Shown here: piece after piece, positions 46,440 to 56,460 of the stretch
Numbering within the stretch: position 1 is the stretch's first letter
Layout: the number at the start of each line of letters is the position of its first letter
Assembly: GCA_040218795.1 (NCBI GenBank)
Contig: JAVJQT010000011.1
Location: 33,157 to 97,156 of the forward strand
Direction of reading: 5' to 3'
Origin: Cytophagales bacterium
GTDB lineage: Bacteria > Bacteroidota > Bacteroidia > Cytophagales > CCMP332
DNA length: 64,000 nt
Made by a program: the position numbers and the translations under genes
The notes under the pieces: generated by a model
What the model saw: the letters and a program-made list of their open reading frames with translations, nothing else
Database searches by the model: none
What the model was told of the DNA's origin: nothing

Positions 46440-47501
46440 CTATTTTTTCCAGGTAAAAATAAATTCCGAACCCTCCCCGGGTGAAGAGTTCAATTTAATA
46501 TTCCCCATATTTTGTTTTACCAGTTTCTTGACGATCGCTAAACCGATTCCACTGCTATCTTTTCTTGAAGTGCTGTGAGCCTTGCTGAATATATCGAATA
46601 TGGTTTTGTGGTATTTTTCATCTATTCCGGGGCCATCGTCTTTTACGCTTATTTCTATTTCATCGATGGTGCTTTTTGAACTCAGCACTACCCTGCCCTT
46701 ATTCTTGTCATGATATTTAATCGCATTTCCGATCAAATTGGAAAGCACCTGAAACATCTGTGTTCTGTTGGAATGCAATTCCAGATTTTCACATTGGTTA
46801 ACTATCTCAAAGTTCTTTTTTACGTGCAGGCTTTCTATGACCTCAGCGATTAAATCGTTCAAATGGTATTTACTCAATTTTATTTCCGAATGACCGGCCC
46901 TTGAATAACTGAGTATGGCATTTATCAGCTCATTCATTCTACGTGTTGTCTTTTCAATCAAATTGATCAAATTCCTTCCCTCTATATCTACTGGTTTAAA
47001 TTGATTCTTTTGCAACAATTCAATCAGGCCTAATATAGAATTGATGGGCGATTTGAGATCATGCGAAATGATATGGGCAAATTGATCCAATTCCTGATTT
47101 CTGGCTTGCAATTCAGTATTGAGCACCTCCAGTTTATTTTGAATTTGGATGAGGTCACTAATGTCTCTTATGATAGCAATAAAGCGTTTTTGGCCATTTT
47201 CTCTCGTAGATGAAAGTGATATATCTATTGAAAATTCATTGCCTTTTTTGTCCACGGCATAGAGTTTCCGACCTGTCCCCATCCTTCTTGAGACCGGATT
47301 TTGGGTATAGCCTTTAAATAGTTTTTTATGAGATTTATGAAAACGCTGTGGTATGAGGATATTCAAATCCTTTCCAATCACTTCTTCTTTTTTATAAAGA
47401 AACAGGTCTTCAACTGAAGCAGACACTTCAACTATTTTAGCATTTTCATCACAGATGACGATGACGTCGCTCAGTACATCCAGCAATCTCGAGGATTCCA
47501 T
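46440..47501 (-). CDS. PAS-domain sensor histidine kinase (orphan)
   Basis: PAS region, H-box FAHIISHDLKSPI, N-box LSNLIGNAIKY and G-boxes DDGPGI / GIGLAIV. No response regulator gene is adjacent. Confidence 0.9.
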   Translation of the reverse strand: MESSRLLDVLSDVIVICDENAKIVEVSASVEDLFLYKKEEVIGKDLNILIPQRFHKSHKKLFKGYTQNPVSRRMGTGRKLYAVDKKGNEFSIDISLSSTRENGQKRFIAIIRDISDLIQIQNKLEVLNTELQARNQELDQFAHIISHDLKSPINSILGLIELLQKNQFKPVDIEGRNLINLIEKTTRRMNELINAILSYSRAGHSEIKLSKYHLNDLIAEVIESLHVKKNFEIVNQCENLELHSNRTQMFQVLSNLIGNAIKYHDKNKGRVVLSSKSTIDEIEISVKDDGPGIDEKYHKTIFDIFSKAHSTSRKDSSGIGLAIVKKLVKQNMGNIKLNSSPGEGSEFIFTWKK

Positions 47502-47842
47502 ATTTTTTAATTAAGCATTCAGGCATTCATTTTATCGATAATTGAGGAAAAGATTTCCCCGCGTTTTCAAAATTTATCTTTTAAAAGCATTATCGAATCT
47601 TCTTAAGCTTTAAATGCATATTGCAGTTTCCCTAAACAAATTTTAATGATCCTAATCAGGGCTTTAGGTGATTTTTTGAGTTGATCCAATGAAATATATT
47701 ATTATCAAGACCAGTTAAAATCAAATCTGTTCATTTTAAAAGGCCAGGATAGAAAAATTTCAGTCTAATTCAGATTCGCCAATAAAATCAAGTGGAATAA
47801 ATGTAACTTTCGCTTTTATTGCTCAAACAATCCTGTTAACAA

Positions 47843-48748
47843 ATGGTATATCAAGAAATGATTTTTGCAGGATTGCTTCTGGCCTCCATTTGGCTACTAT
47901 TTTATCTTTTACCATTTAATATCTGGATCACGGCTGTTTTCTCTGGCGTAAAAATTCGACTTTTGGATCTGGCATTTATGCGTTTCAGAAAAGTGCCGCC
48001 AAATCTTATTGCCCGATCTCTGATTCTTGGTCAAAAAGCGGGTTTAAAAGACATCAATTCAAACCTTTTGGAAACACATTATCTCGCCAAAGGCAATGTG
48101 ATAAATGTTATTAAAGCCATGATTGTTGCCGATAAGGCCAATCTTGAATTGAGCTTTGCCAATGCCTGCTCAATAGATCTGGCAGGAAGGAATGTACTTG
48201 AGGCCGTGCAAATATCCGTAACACCCTATATCATCGTGGTGCCATCTATAATGGCTGTTTCCAATGATGGCATTCAGTTAATCGCAGATGTACGTGTAAC
48301 CGTTCGCACCAATATAAAACAGCTGGTTGGTGGTGCCGGCGAAGAAACGATCAAAGCACGGGTGGGTCAGGGAATAATATCGAGTATTGGCTCGGCCCCT
48401 AGTTATCTGCAAGTCCTCGAAGAACCCGGTAAAATATCAAAATTAGTTTTATCACATGGTCTGGATTCGGGTACCGCTTTTGAAATCCTGTCCATCGATA
48501 TAGCCGATATTAATATCGGAAAAAATATTGGTGCCAAATTGCAAATTGATCAGGCCATGGCAGACCTGGAAATAGCAAAAGCAAAAGCAGAAAAACGAAG
48601 AGCCCAGGCCGTTGCCCTTGAACAGGAGATGATGGCTAAAATTGAGGAATCAAGAGCCAAAGTGATACAATCGGAAGCCGAAATTCCTTCGGCCCTATCT
48701 GAAGCTTTTACAAAGGGTTATCTCTTTCCCTGGAGCATGAAAAAATAA
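47843..48748 (+). CDS. floA: flotillin-like protein FloA (UPF0365/YqfA family)
   Basis: N-terminal TM segment. [16 protein letters not shown]...IDLAGR and the C-terminal [12 protein letters not shown] are typical of FloA. Confidence 0.8.
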   Translation: MVYQEMIFAGLLLASIWLLFYLLPFNIWITAVFSGVKIRLLDLAFMRFRKVPPNLIARSLILGQKAGLKDINSNLLETHYLAKGNVINVIKAMIVADKANLELSFANACSIDLAGRNVLEAVQISVTPYIIVVPSIMAVSNDGIQLIADVRVTVRTNIKQLVGGAGEETIKARVGQGIISSIGSAPSYLQVLEEPGKISKLVLSHGLDSGTAFEILSIDIADINIGKNIGAKLQIDQAMADLEIAKAKAEKRRAQAVALEQEMMAKIEESRAKVIQSEAEIPSALSEAFTKGYLFPWSMKK

Positions 48749-48803
48749 GCATTTGGGAATTTCAAACCATTAATAAATATGCCATCAATTGATTGGGCTG
48801 CTT

Positions 48804-49667
48804 TTACCTTTTAAAAACCCTAACCCAATCCACCAGCATTTCAGAGGAGTCTGCATAATTCGCGGAATTGCGATCGAAAAAGAAAAATCCACCTACAGCG
48901 GTATTTAAAACAATTTTTTGATCTGAACCATAGAAATTCCCGATGTTATTATTGGAATTAGCAGCATAACTGTAAAGCAGGGAATCATCAAATAAAATAT
49001 CGATGGAATCGGCTTTCCAGATCATTTCATAGCTATGAAAGTCTGCCGTTAAATCAGGACCGGGAATATGCTCTAAATCGTTATTGCTATTGATATTGAT
49101 GTCGGTTTCTGTACCATAAAAAATATTGGTTTGAAACATATAAGGCTCACCGCCCCTCGCTTCCAGAATGTCAATCTCTCCCTTTGTGGGCCAGGGATCG
49201 CCATAAGTCCAAAAGGCCGGCCACATGCCATGGCCCTGTGGTAGCTTAATGCTCGCAACAAAACGGTACTCCCTTTCGCCTTCATTATCGGATGGACTAA
49301 AAAGGGTTTTGGATTCTATACGGCCCGATACGTATTCAAATTGTTTGGAATTATTACTCCAGGGATGTTCAAAACCCGTAATGGCCTCGCGTTTGCTTTT
49401 GATGCTCAGTTTGCCATCGGCTATGCTCAATTGTTCTTCGCGGTACAATTGTATCTCTTCATTAAAGGCCCCGCCTTCCCAGATATTCCATTTGACAAGA
49501 TTATTTTCAAAATCTTCTTCAAAAATCAAGTCCCAACTTGTTTCTGTACTGTCATTTTCTGTAATGGGCTCAACAGCAGCAGGCACAGTTTCATCATCCG
49601 AACAGGCCATATTCAGGGTCAGGAAAAAGACTAAAAAAATGTATTCCTTGAAAAGAGAATATTTCAT
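48804..49667 (-). CDS. glycoside hydrolase family 16 lipoprotein (laminarinase-like)
   Basis: Lipobox LNMACS, the catalytic EIDILE (ExDxxE) motif and the WPAFW pattern. Confidence 0.85.
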   Translation of the reverse strand: MKYSLFKEYIFLVFFLTLNMACSDDETVPAAVEPITENDSTETSWDLIFEEDFENNLVKWNIWEGGAFNEEIQLYREEQLSIADGKLSIKSKREAITGFEHPWSNNSKQFEYVSGRIESKTLFSPSDNEGEREYRFVASIKLPQGHGMWPAFWTYGDPWPTKGEIDILEARGGEPYMFQTNIFYGTETDININSNNDLEHIPGPDLTADFHSYEMIWKADSIDILFDDSLLYSYAANSNNNIGNFYGSDQKIVLNTAVGGFFFFDRNSANYADSSEMLVDWVRVFKR

Positions 49668-49746
49668 GAATCAAAGAAACAATTTTATAGTAAATTATTT
49701 TGGTAATTTGATGCTGTCATATTTTTCCCATTAAAAACAATAACAA

Positions 49747-49911
49747 ATGAGTATTCTTAGAATTATTTTTGCCATTTTACTACCGCCTTTGGGTGTTTTC
49801 CTAACAGTCGGAATCAGAGGCGCATTTTGGCTCAATATATTGCTAACCTTGCTCGGTTTTCTTCCCGGCATCATCCATGCCGTGTGGGTTATTGCTAAAC
49901 ACGACAAATAG
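49747..49911 (+). CDS. Pmp3/YqaE (UPF0057) family small membrane protein, 54 aa, absent from the supplied ORF track
   Basis: My own translation is MSILRIIFAILLPPLGVFLTVGIRGAFWLNILLTLLGFLPGIIHAVWVIAKHDK. The LPPLGV...GF.PG.IHA.W motifs are diagnostic. The antisense track ORF 49731-50003 is a shadow ORF. Confidence 0.8.
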   Translation: MSILRIIFAILLPPLGVFLTVGIRGAFWLNILLTLLGFLPGIIHAVWVIAKHDK

Positions 49912-49914
49912 CTT

Positions 49915-50964
49915 GTGATAATTTCTCTGAGTCTTTTTACTCTTTTATTAACATTAACCAGCCTGGCTTCTCTTATTCGAAGAGATGAATGGTGGATCCG
50001 CATTTTTGATTTTCCGCGATTACAACTGAGTATTCTGATTATACTAGCAATAATTATTAGTCTATTGTTATTAAATTTTTCAGAATTTGGGCATTTTCTG
50101 ATATTCCTGGTCTTATTGGGAAATCTGATATTTCAAGGCTGGAAGATTTACCCCTATACTATATTCGCGCCAATTACAGTTAAAAAGTTTCGTGGTCCCG
50201 CTACTGATAATGCCATATCTATATTGGTAAGTAATGTCTTAACACCAAATCGAAAAGTTGATTTACTGCTAAAACAAATCCGAAAGTACCAGCCGGATCT
50301 TGTATTGACCCTGGAATCTGACAAGTGGTGGCAGGAAAAACTATCCGTGCTCAGCGAAAGCTATCCTTATCGAATAAATGTGCCTTTAGATAATCTATAT
50401 GGCATGCATTTATTTTCAAAACTGAGTCTTGAAGAGCAACAGGTAAATTATCTAATTAAACCGGACATTCCTTCAATTGAGGCGCTTATAAAGTTGAGAT
50501 CGGGCAAATTGATTAAGATTTATTGTCTTCACCCCGAACCGCCCAGTCCTACAGAAAATGACGCTTCCACTGAACGCGATGCTGAAATTTTGCTTACGGC
50601 TAAAAAAATGAATGCTCAAAATTACCCCGGTCTGGTATTTGGGGATTTGAATGATGTAGCCTGGTCTAAAACCACTACTTTGTTTCAAAAAACATCACAT
50701 CTGATGGATCCTCGTAAAGGAAGAGGTTTTTATAGTACATACAATGCAAAATATCCGTTTTTACGCTGGCCTCTTGATCACATTTTTCATTCATCAGAAT
50801 TTCAGTTGGTTCAAATAAAACGTTTATCCAATATTGGTTCTGATCATTTTCCGCTCTTCACTAAACTTCAATTAAGCGATAATGATCAGGAAGGTATGCA
50901 AGCCACAAAAAAAGAAAAAGAACGCGCAGATGATAAAATTGCCAAAGTAGATTCAAATCAGTAG
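49915..50964 (+). CDS. endonuclease/exonuclease/phosphatase (EEP) family protein with an N-terminal membrane region
   Basis: Three N-terminal hydrophobic segments, then the EEP signatures VFGDLND and GSDHFPL. GTG start. Confidence 0.8.
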   Translation: MIISLSLFTLLLTLTSLASLIRRDEWWIRIFDFPRLQLSILIILAIIISLLLLNFSEFGHFLIFLVLLGNLIFQGWKIYPYTIFAPITVKKFRGPATDNAISILVSNVLTPNRKVDLLLKQIRKYQPDLVLTLESDKWWQEKLSVLSESYPYRINVPLDNLYGMHLFSKLSLEEQQVNYLIKPDIPSIEALIKLRSGKLIKIYCLHPEPPSPTENDASTERDAEILLTAKKMNAQNYPGLVFGDLNDVAWSKTTTLFQKTSHLMDPRKGRGFYSTYNAKYPFLRWPLDHIFHSSEFQLVQIKRLSNIGSDHFPLFTKLQLSDNDQEGMQATKKEKERADDKIAKVDSNQ

Positions 50965-51063
50965 CAGTTAAGAATTTATTGGCAATAATTTGATCCAACT
51001 GAATTATGATAATTAGCCTAATACTCAAATACGATTAAGGGTCAAAAAAGGAATAACAATCTT

Positions 51064-53247
51064 TTAAACATTCTGGGTTAAAGCAAGATCCAAGGCCTCC
51101 TGCATAGGCATATCTTTTAATCGGATTCCCGTCAGCCGACGGATGGCATTGCCAATTGCAGCGCCGATTGGTCCCAGAGGGGGCTCTCCCACCGGCAAGG
51201 GAATATCTGCACCTTCAATTAAATGAACATCGATTTCTTTTGGTGCATGCTTTATTCGAATCATTTCATAGGGTCCGTATATGGTCGGTTTTAACTCTCC
51301 TTCTTCAAGTGTCATTTTTTCAAACATGGCTGCACTCATACCCATTATTATTGCCCCTTCGCATTGCGCTCTTACCTGACCCGGATTGATGACCATACCA
51401 CAGTCAAAGGCACAAGTCACTTTATGAACTACAATACGGCCATTTTCTATGCTGACTTCAGCCACATGTGCTGCAATGGAGTTCGCATCCATGGAAACTG
51501 CAAAACCCTTGGCTCTTTCATTTTTTAGCTCCTCGGAATAATTCCCCTTTTCTGAAGCGAGTTGAATCACCTTTTTTAGTCGCTTCCCATTGCCTTCATC
51601 ACTGATCATCCTCAATCTGAAATCAATAGGGTTTTTATCCGCTTTTATAGCCAGTTCATCTACAAAACTTTCAATTGCAAAGGTATTGGCCAGTAAACCA
51701 AGCGCTCGCCACCAGCTGGTTGCAAATGGCAGTGTGGTATGCCACTGGACTGCTCTGCGATTAGGAATAAGGTCATACATGATTTTGGCCCCTCTTCCCG
51801 CACCGAGGTCCATGCCCACTATGGTTTTTACAATTGGTGCTTGTACAGCAGAATTTATACTTACATCACCACTTGCATAATGATGCTCTAAACTATTGAT
51901 ATACTCGTTTTTATCTAATGTGCCTTTTAATATATGATGTGTAGGTGGGCGGAACATATCGTTCTGAAATTCTTCTTTTCTGGTGAAAATATATTTTACT
52001 GGTCTTCCCACTTCTTTGGACATTAAAACTGCCTGGATGGCATGTTTGGTATCTAATCTCCGGCCAAATCCACCGCCCAAATGTGTCGGAATAACATTGA
52101 CATCTTCCAATTCCATGTCAAGAGCTTTGGCAATTTGTTTTTGTGTGATACCAATCGCCTGTGTAGAGAGTATTACAGTGACTTTGCCATTATTATAGTC
52201 TGCCACTGCCCCATTGGGCTCAATTTGAGCATGTGCGCCTATCGGACTGCTAAATTCCATCTCCAGTACTTCTTCGCTTTCAGAGTCAAGTTCACTTCCT
52301 TCTTTCTGGGAAATAAATTTTTCTCCTTTGCCCACTTTAAGGGTATTCCTCAACTCTTCTTCGCTCCATTTTTTTGATACTTCCCATTCCACATCTATGC
52401 TGTCTTTTGCGGCCAGTGCTTCTGCAAATGTTTTGGCTACCAGGCCTATCCAGTCATCGATTTGAACAATTTTGACTACCCCGGGCATGGAAGCGGCTTT
52501 TTTACTATCGGCCTTCTTGAATTTTGCTCCTACAATACCCGGTCTGATTACCGATGCGTATAACATATCGGGCATTTCGGCATCTAGGCCATAAAGAGGA
52601 GCTCCAAATACTTTTTCCTTTAAATCCACGCGAGGCATGGCCTTACCAACGTATTTGAACCCTTTTGTTCTTGGTTTTGGAATAGTATCGGGTACATTCC
52701 ATTCCTTAACATCAGCTGCAGCTTCTGCATAGCTTAAAGAAGAGGCATTGCCATAAATGATTCCTTCTTTGGTCTTTAGTGTATTTACTTCAACTGCGAG
52801 TTTAGACGCAGCTTCATTTTTTAGCATTTCCCGCATAGTGGCTGCCAGTTCCCTCAATGGTTGCCAAAGTGAAGCAACAGAAAGGCTTCCACCTGTTGCA
52901 AGGGCATCAATAATACCGGTTTCAGTTGCGGCTGCCCTGACTTCAATCTGATCAGGCCGTAAATCCATTTCATCGGCGATCATTTGGGTAAAGGCAGTAA
53001 AAATTCCCTGGCCCATTTCCACTTTTGGAGAGTGAAATACTATTTTGTTTTCCTTTGTTAATTCGAACCATAATGCGGCTTCGCTGCCTCTGCCTTTATA
53101 GGAAGGTACTTTTGATTCCAAACTTTCAATCAAACTTCTTCTCAGGGGATTTCTTGCCACATAAGTACCCAAAGCAATAATACCCAAACTGCCCAGTCCC
53201 GTTCTGACTAAAAATTTTCGTCTGGAGAACTTTTTTGATTTCCCCAT
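51064..53247 (-). CDS. molybdopterin-binding subunit of a xanthine dehydrogenase-family hydroxylase (IorB / aldehyde oxidoreductase-like)
   Basis: Tat-type signal SRRKFLVRTGLGSLG and a large aldehyde oxidase/xanthine dehydrogenase a/b hammerhead-type body. Confidence 0.85.
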   Translation of the reverse strand: MGKSKKFSRRKFLVRTGLGSLGIIALGTYVARNPLRRSLIESLESKVPSYKGRGSEAALWFELTKENKIVFHSPKVEMGQGIFTAFTQMIADEMDLRPDQIEVRAAATETGIIDALATGGSLSVASLWQPLRELAATMREMLKNEAASKLAVEVNTLKTKEGIIYGNASSLSYAEAAADVKEWNVPDTIPKPRTKGFKYVGKAMPRVDLKEKVFGAPLYGLDAEMPDMLYASVIRPGIVGAKFKKADSKKAASMPGVVKIVQIDDWIGLVAKTFAEALAAKDSIDVEWEVSKKWSEEELRNTLKVGKGEKFISQKEGSELDSESEEVLEMEFSSPIGAHAQIEPNGAVADYNNGKVTVILSTQAIGITQKQIAKALDMELEDVNVIPTHLGGGFGRRLDTKHAIQAVLMSKEVGRPVKYIFTRKEEFQNDMFRPPTHHILKGTLDKNEYINSLEHHYASGDVSINSAVQAPIVKTIVGMDLGAGRGAKIMYDLIPNRRAVQWHTTLPFATSWWRALGLLANTFAIESFVDELAIKADKNPIDFRLRMISDEGNGKRLKKVIQLASEKGNYSEELKNERAKGFAVSMDANSIAAHVAEVSIENGRIVVHKVTCAFDCGMVINPGQVRAQCEGAIIMGMSAAMFEKMTLEEGELKPTIYGPYEMIRIKHAPKEIDVHLIEGADIPLPVGEPPLGPIGAAIGNAIRRLTGIRLKDMPMQEALDLALTQNV

Positions 53248-53248
53248 C

Positions 53249-53725
53249 TTATTCTAAATTCATTTTTGAATCTTCCATGATTTCGGCAGCACGTTTTATC
53301 GCTTTTCTCATTCTGAAATAAGTGCCGCACCTGCAGATATTGATAATATTATTGTCGATATCCTCGTCTGAAGGATTGGGATTCTTATTTAATAAAGCTG
53401 CACAGGCCATCATAAATCCAGGTTGGCAATAGCCGCATTGGGGTACTATCTCTTCTATCCAGGCTTTTTGAACCGGATGTGGATTTTCCTCATTGCCAAG
53501 ACCTTCAATGGTCTTTATATTTTTTCCCTGCGCATATTTCACTGCAAAAGAGCAGGATCTTACCGCTTCTCCATCCACATGCAAAGTGCAAGCGCCGCAA
53601 GCCGCTTTTCCACAACCAAATTTGGTTCCTTTTAAATTGAGAACATCCCTGACAACCCAAAGCAAGGGAGTGTATTCATCTACATCTACTTCTGCTTCTT
53701 TGCCATTGATATTGAATGTTATCAT
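53249..53725 (-). CDS. [2Fe-2S]-binding small subunit of the molybdo-hydroxylase
   Basis: [15 protein letters not shown] and CGYCQPG cluster motifs. Confidence 0.9.
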   Translation of the reverse strand: MITFNINGKEAEVDVDEYTPLLWVVRDVLNLKGTKFGCGKAACGACTLHVDGEAVRSCSFAVKYAQGKNIKTIEGLGNEENPHPVQKAWIEEIVPQCGYCQPGFMMACAALLNKNPNPSDEDIDNNIINICRCGTYFRMRKAIKRAAEIMEDSKMNLE

Positions 53726-53731
53726 GCTTTG

Positions 53732-54349
53732 CTAATTTTTGTTTTCAGGAATAATGGCACCGGATTCTATCCATTTTTTAACCGCAGAAATAAATTTGTC
53801 TTTTGGCACCGGAGGTGTTTCACGAGTTTGGCCATTTAAATCCTTTCCGGGTTCCCAGGCCCACATAACCAATTCGTGTTCTGTCAGATGATGCATCAGT
53901 TCTTCATGACTTCTATTGCCATTTTTTTGAGGATCCAGGATTGATTTTGCGATTTCAATTCGGGACAAACCCTCCCATTGCATGTTATGTGGAGCCAAAG
54001 CCCAATGCGGCGCTCCCGGTACACCTGAAAAGTCATTATTCGAAGCCTGATGACAGGTATTGCAATTGGTAGCAGCTTCTATATTATTTCTTGTGATATC
54101 AAATCGATGCGGATGGCTGTCTTCTCCTTGTTTAGGAACATTATCAGAGGGATGACAATTGATACAGCGTTGATGCGTCAGCACATCCATCACCGTATTG
54201 AAAAGAATGGCATTCTCATCGCTTTCGCTTAGGGAAGATTCTTTTATATCTGTTTCAGAAAGCTGTTCCTTGCTAAGCACTACTGAGCCAAAGACCAGGA
54301 AGGAGACAAAAGCAAAGATTAATAGCGGTAATGATAGCTTTCTGAACAT
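53732..54349 (-). CDS. dihaem c-type cytochrome subunit
   Basis: Signal/TM anchor plus two CxxCH motifs (CINCH, CNTCH). Confidence 0.75.
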   Translation of the reverse strand: MFRKLSLPLLIFAFVSFLVFGSVVLSKEQLSETDIKESSLSESDENAILFNTVMDVLTHQRCINCHPSDNVPKQGEDSHPHRFDITRNNIEAATNCNTCHQASNNDFSGVPGAPHWALAPHNMQWEGLSRIEIAKSILDPQKNGNRSHEELMHHLTEHELVMWAWEPGKDLNGQTRETPPVPKDKFISAVKKWIESGAIIPENKN

Positions 54350-54498
54350 ATGAAAGGTTTAATTCCCATTTAATTGACAATTGGAATAAGCTTCATCACA
54401 CAAATTACATATTTTGGAATTTTTACAAAGAAAATAAATCGATTATCGATCTTTTTAATAAAGGAAGTTTTAACACTTTGATCAAAATCGATGAAAGT

Positions 54499-55152
54499 TT
54501 AATATTTCAAAACCCAGAGACCGCTTCCGTACTGGCTGTAGTCCGTTAATGCAGCTTCTGCTTCATCCCAGGTATCAAAATTGGCTGGAGAAACGGCGAA
54601 ATAGGTATGTTTATCATCCTTGGTTTGAAGTATATTTACGTTTATTTTCTCTTTGGCGAGTTTTTTGGCAAAGTCCATGGCCAGATCATCATCAATACTA
54701 CTGGATAGCACGACGTAATAACGGCCAGTGGCCCTGCTAAGCATATCGATTGTTCCGGGTTTCGCCGCCTCTATGGCCGCCAATTCCGCCAGTTTAGCAT
54801 CGATTAAAGCAATCTGATCTTGAGGATATTCTTGTTCAGGATACATAGATAACGCTTCAGAATAAATGGATTTAGCGTTCTCCCAGTTTTCAGCCTGAAA
54901 CTCCGAATCGGCCTTTTGTATAAAGTCGTCGTATTTAGCCTGTTTGGCTTCTTCAGCTTCTCTGGCCTTTTTTTCAGCTTCTTCCCTGGCCAATTGCTCC
55001 AGACGTGCTTTTTCCTTGGCTTCCTGCTCTGGAATATACATAAACCAGTACCACGCTGCACCGGCTCCGGCCAGTACAATGACCAGAATTACGATAATCA
55101 AAACGACCTTCCCACTTTTATTTGATTGCTTATTCATATGGCTATTACGCAT
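54499..55152 (-). CDS. SPOR-domain protein
   Basis: N-terminal TM segment, a charged coiled-coil (EEAEKKAREAEEAKQ), and a C-terminal SPOR-like YYVVLSSS...FAVSPANFDTWDEAEAAL. Confidence 0.7.
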   Translation of the reverse strand: MRNSHMNKQSNKSGKVVLIIVILVIVLAGAGAAWYWFMYIPEQEAKEKARLEQLAREEAEKKAREAEEAKQAKYDDFIQKADSEFQAENWENAKSIYSEALSMYPEQEYPQDQIALIDAKLAELAAIEAAKPGTIDMLSRATGRYYVVLSSSIDDDLAMDFAKKLAKEKINVNILQTKDDKHTYFAVSPANFDTWDEAEAALTDYSQYGSGLWVLKY

Positions 55153-55230
55153 TAATAGAGTTTAAAGTTAAGAAAAGGAGTATTAACCTAAATGCAATGC
55201 TTTAGAAATAATTAAATTGCAAATGCTAGA

Positions 55231-56256
55231 ATGAATAAATACTTGCACCTATTTGTCTTGAGCCTTTTCCTGCTTATTTCCTGCAGGGATGATGCACTTA
55301 ATGTAAACAATGGTTGTCCTCCGCTAAAAGTGGTTTCAGAATTTGTCAATCAGGGAGGAGAACGCATTCGCATCTTTGAAGATGGCAAGGCCTATTATGT
55401 CAATGAATCGGGATGCAGTTTTGCAGCACAGTATTTCGATCCGAATTTTTACACTGATACATATCTCAATACCGATTCGGGCATTTATCTTATTATTTCG
55501 GAGGGCGAGTATTTGTCACCCATAAGAAATCAATATCTCGATTTTGAAGGTTTTAATAATACTTTGGATATTTTTAGGATGGACATTTCTCAGGATAGCC
55601 TGTTTCTTAACAGTTTTACATTGCAAAGTCCTTCCGCCCCTACTGTTGATGATTATGTGGCACTCCGTAAATGCATTTTCGATGAGACTTGCGATTTCAT
55701 TGACAATAAGTTCGAATTAATTCCGGATCCGGTAATCATTAATAATAATACTGTATTAAAATTCTATGCCGTTCCACCTTCGCCTTCCATGATAACTTCT
55801 AAATCTTCTGTCAGCACTACCTTAAGCTATTTTGAAAAAGGCGATGATTTTTGGTTTGAAGCGAAATACTATATTACAGGCAACCTCCCTACGACCCTGG
55901 CAGATTTTGAATCCTCCATCTTTTTTGAAAGTCCAGGCCCAAGAATTATTTTTCGAGGAGATCAATTGGCCATTGAAAATAAATTCAATGAAAAATTAAC
56001 ATTTGACCAGCCCGAAGAAAGCGCCATTCCCTTTCCAATGAATCAATGGGTAAGTGTAAAGGTTCATTTGACTTATGATGTTCAAAATGGCATTGTTCAA
56101 ATGTGGCAGGACGGGGAATTGATCATCGATCAAATAGGCCCCACTATTCCTCTGGATTTATGGATTCAGGATCGTATCGAATTGGGTATTTCAGCAACAT
56201 CAAATGAATGCACATTGTATATGGATGATATAAGGTTTTCGGATGAAGCTTTTTAA
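55231..56256 (+). CDS. hypothetical lipoprotein with a probable C-terminal concanavalin/LamG-like jelly-roll
   Basis: Lipobox LLISCRDD. The C-terminal pattern WVSVKVHL...VQMWQDGELI...LYMDDIRFSD is typical of jelly-roll lectin/lyase folds. Confidence 0.45.
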   Translation: MNKYLHLFVLSLFLLISCRDDALNVNNGCPPLKVVSEFVNQGGERIRIFEDGKAYYVNESGCSFAAQYFDPNFYTDTYLNTDSGIYLIISEGEYLSPIRNQYLDFEGFNNTLDIFRMDISQDSLFLNSFTLQSPSAPTVDDYVALRKCIFDETCDFIDNKFELIPDPVIINNNTVLKFYAVPPSPSMITSKSSVSTTLSYFEKGDDFWFEAKYYITGNLPTTLADFESSIFFESPGPRIIFRGDQLAIENKFNEKLTFDQPEESAIPFPMNQWVSVKVHLTYDVQNGIVQMWQDGELIIDQIGPTIPLDLWIQDRIELGISATSNECTLYMDDIRFSDEAF

Positions 56257-56460
56257 AAAGTTATTGTATTGATAATCCAGATTGTTTTTTGATTAATCTA
56301 AAATGGCGCAGAAATTAAATTCATCCACGATTGACTTTCATTGCCTATGTGCCATTTGAAATTCTTTAAAGAGAATTTATAAATACTTATATCCGTTTAA
56401 ATAATATTTCTTTTGAGGCGATTTATCTTTCATAGTTTCAAATGGTCAAATTGAAATACT

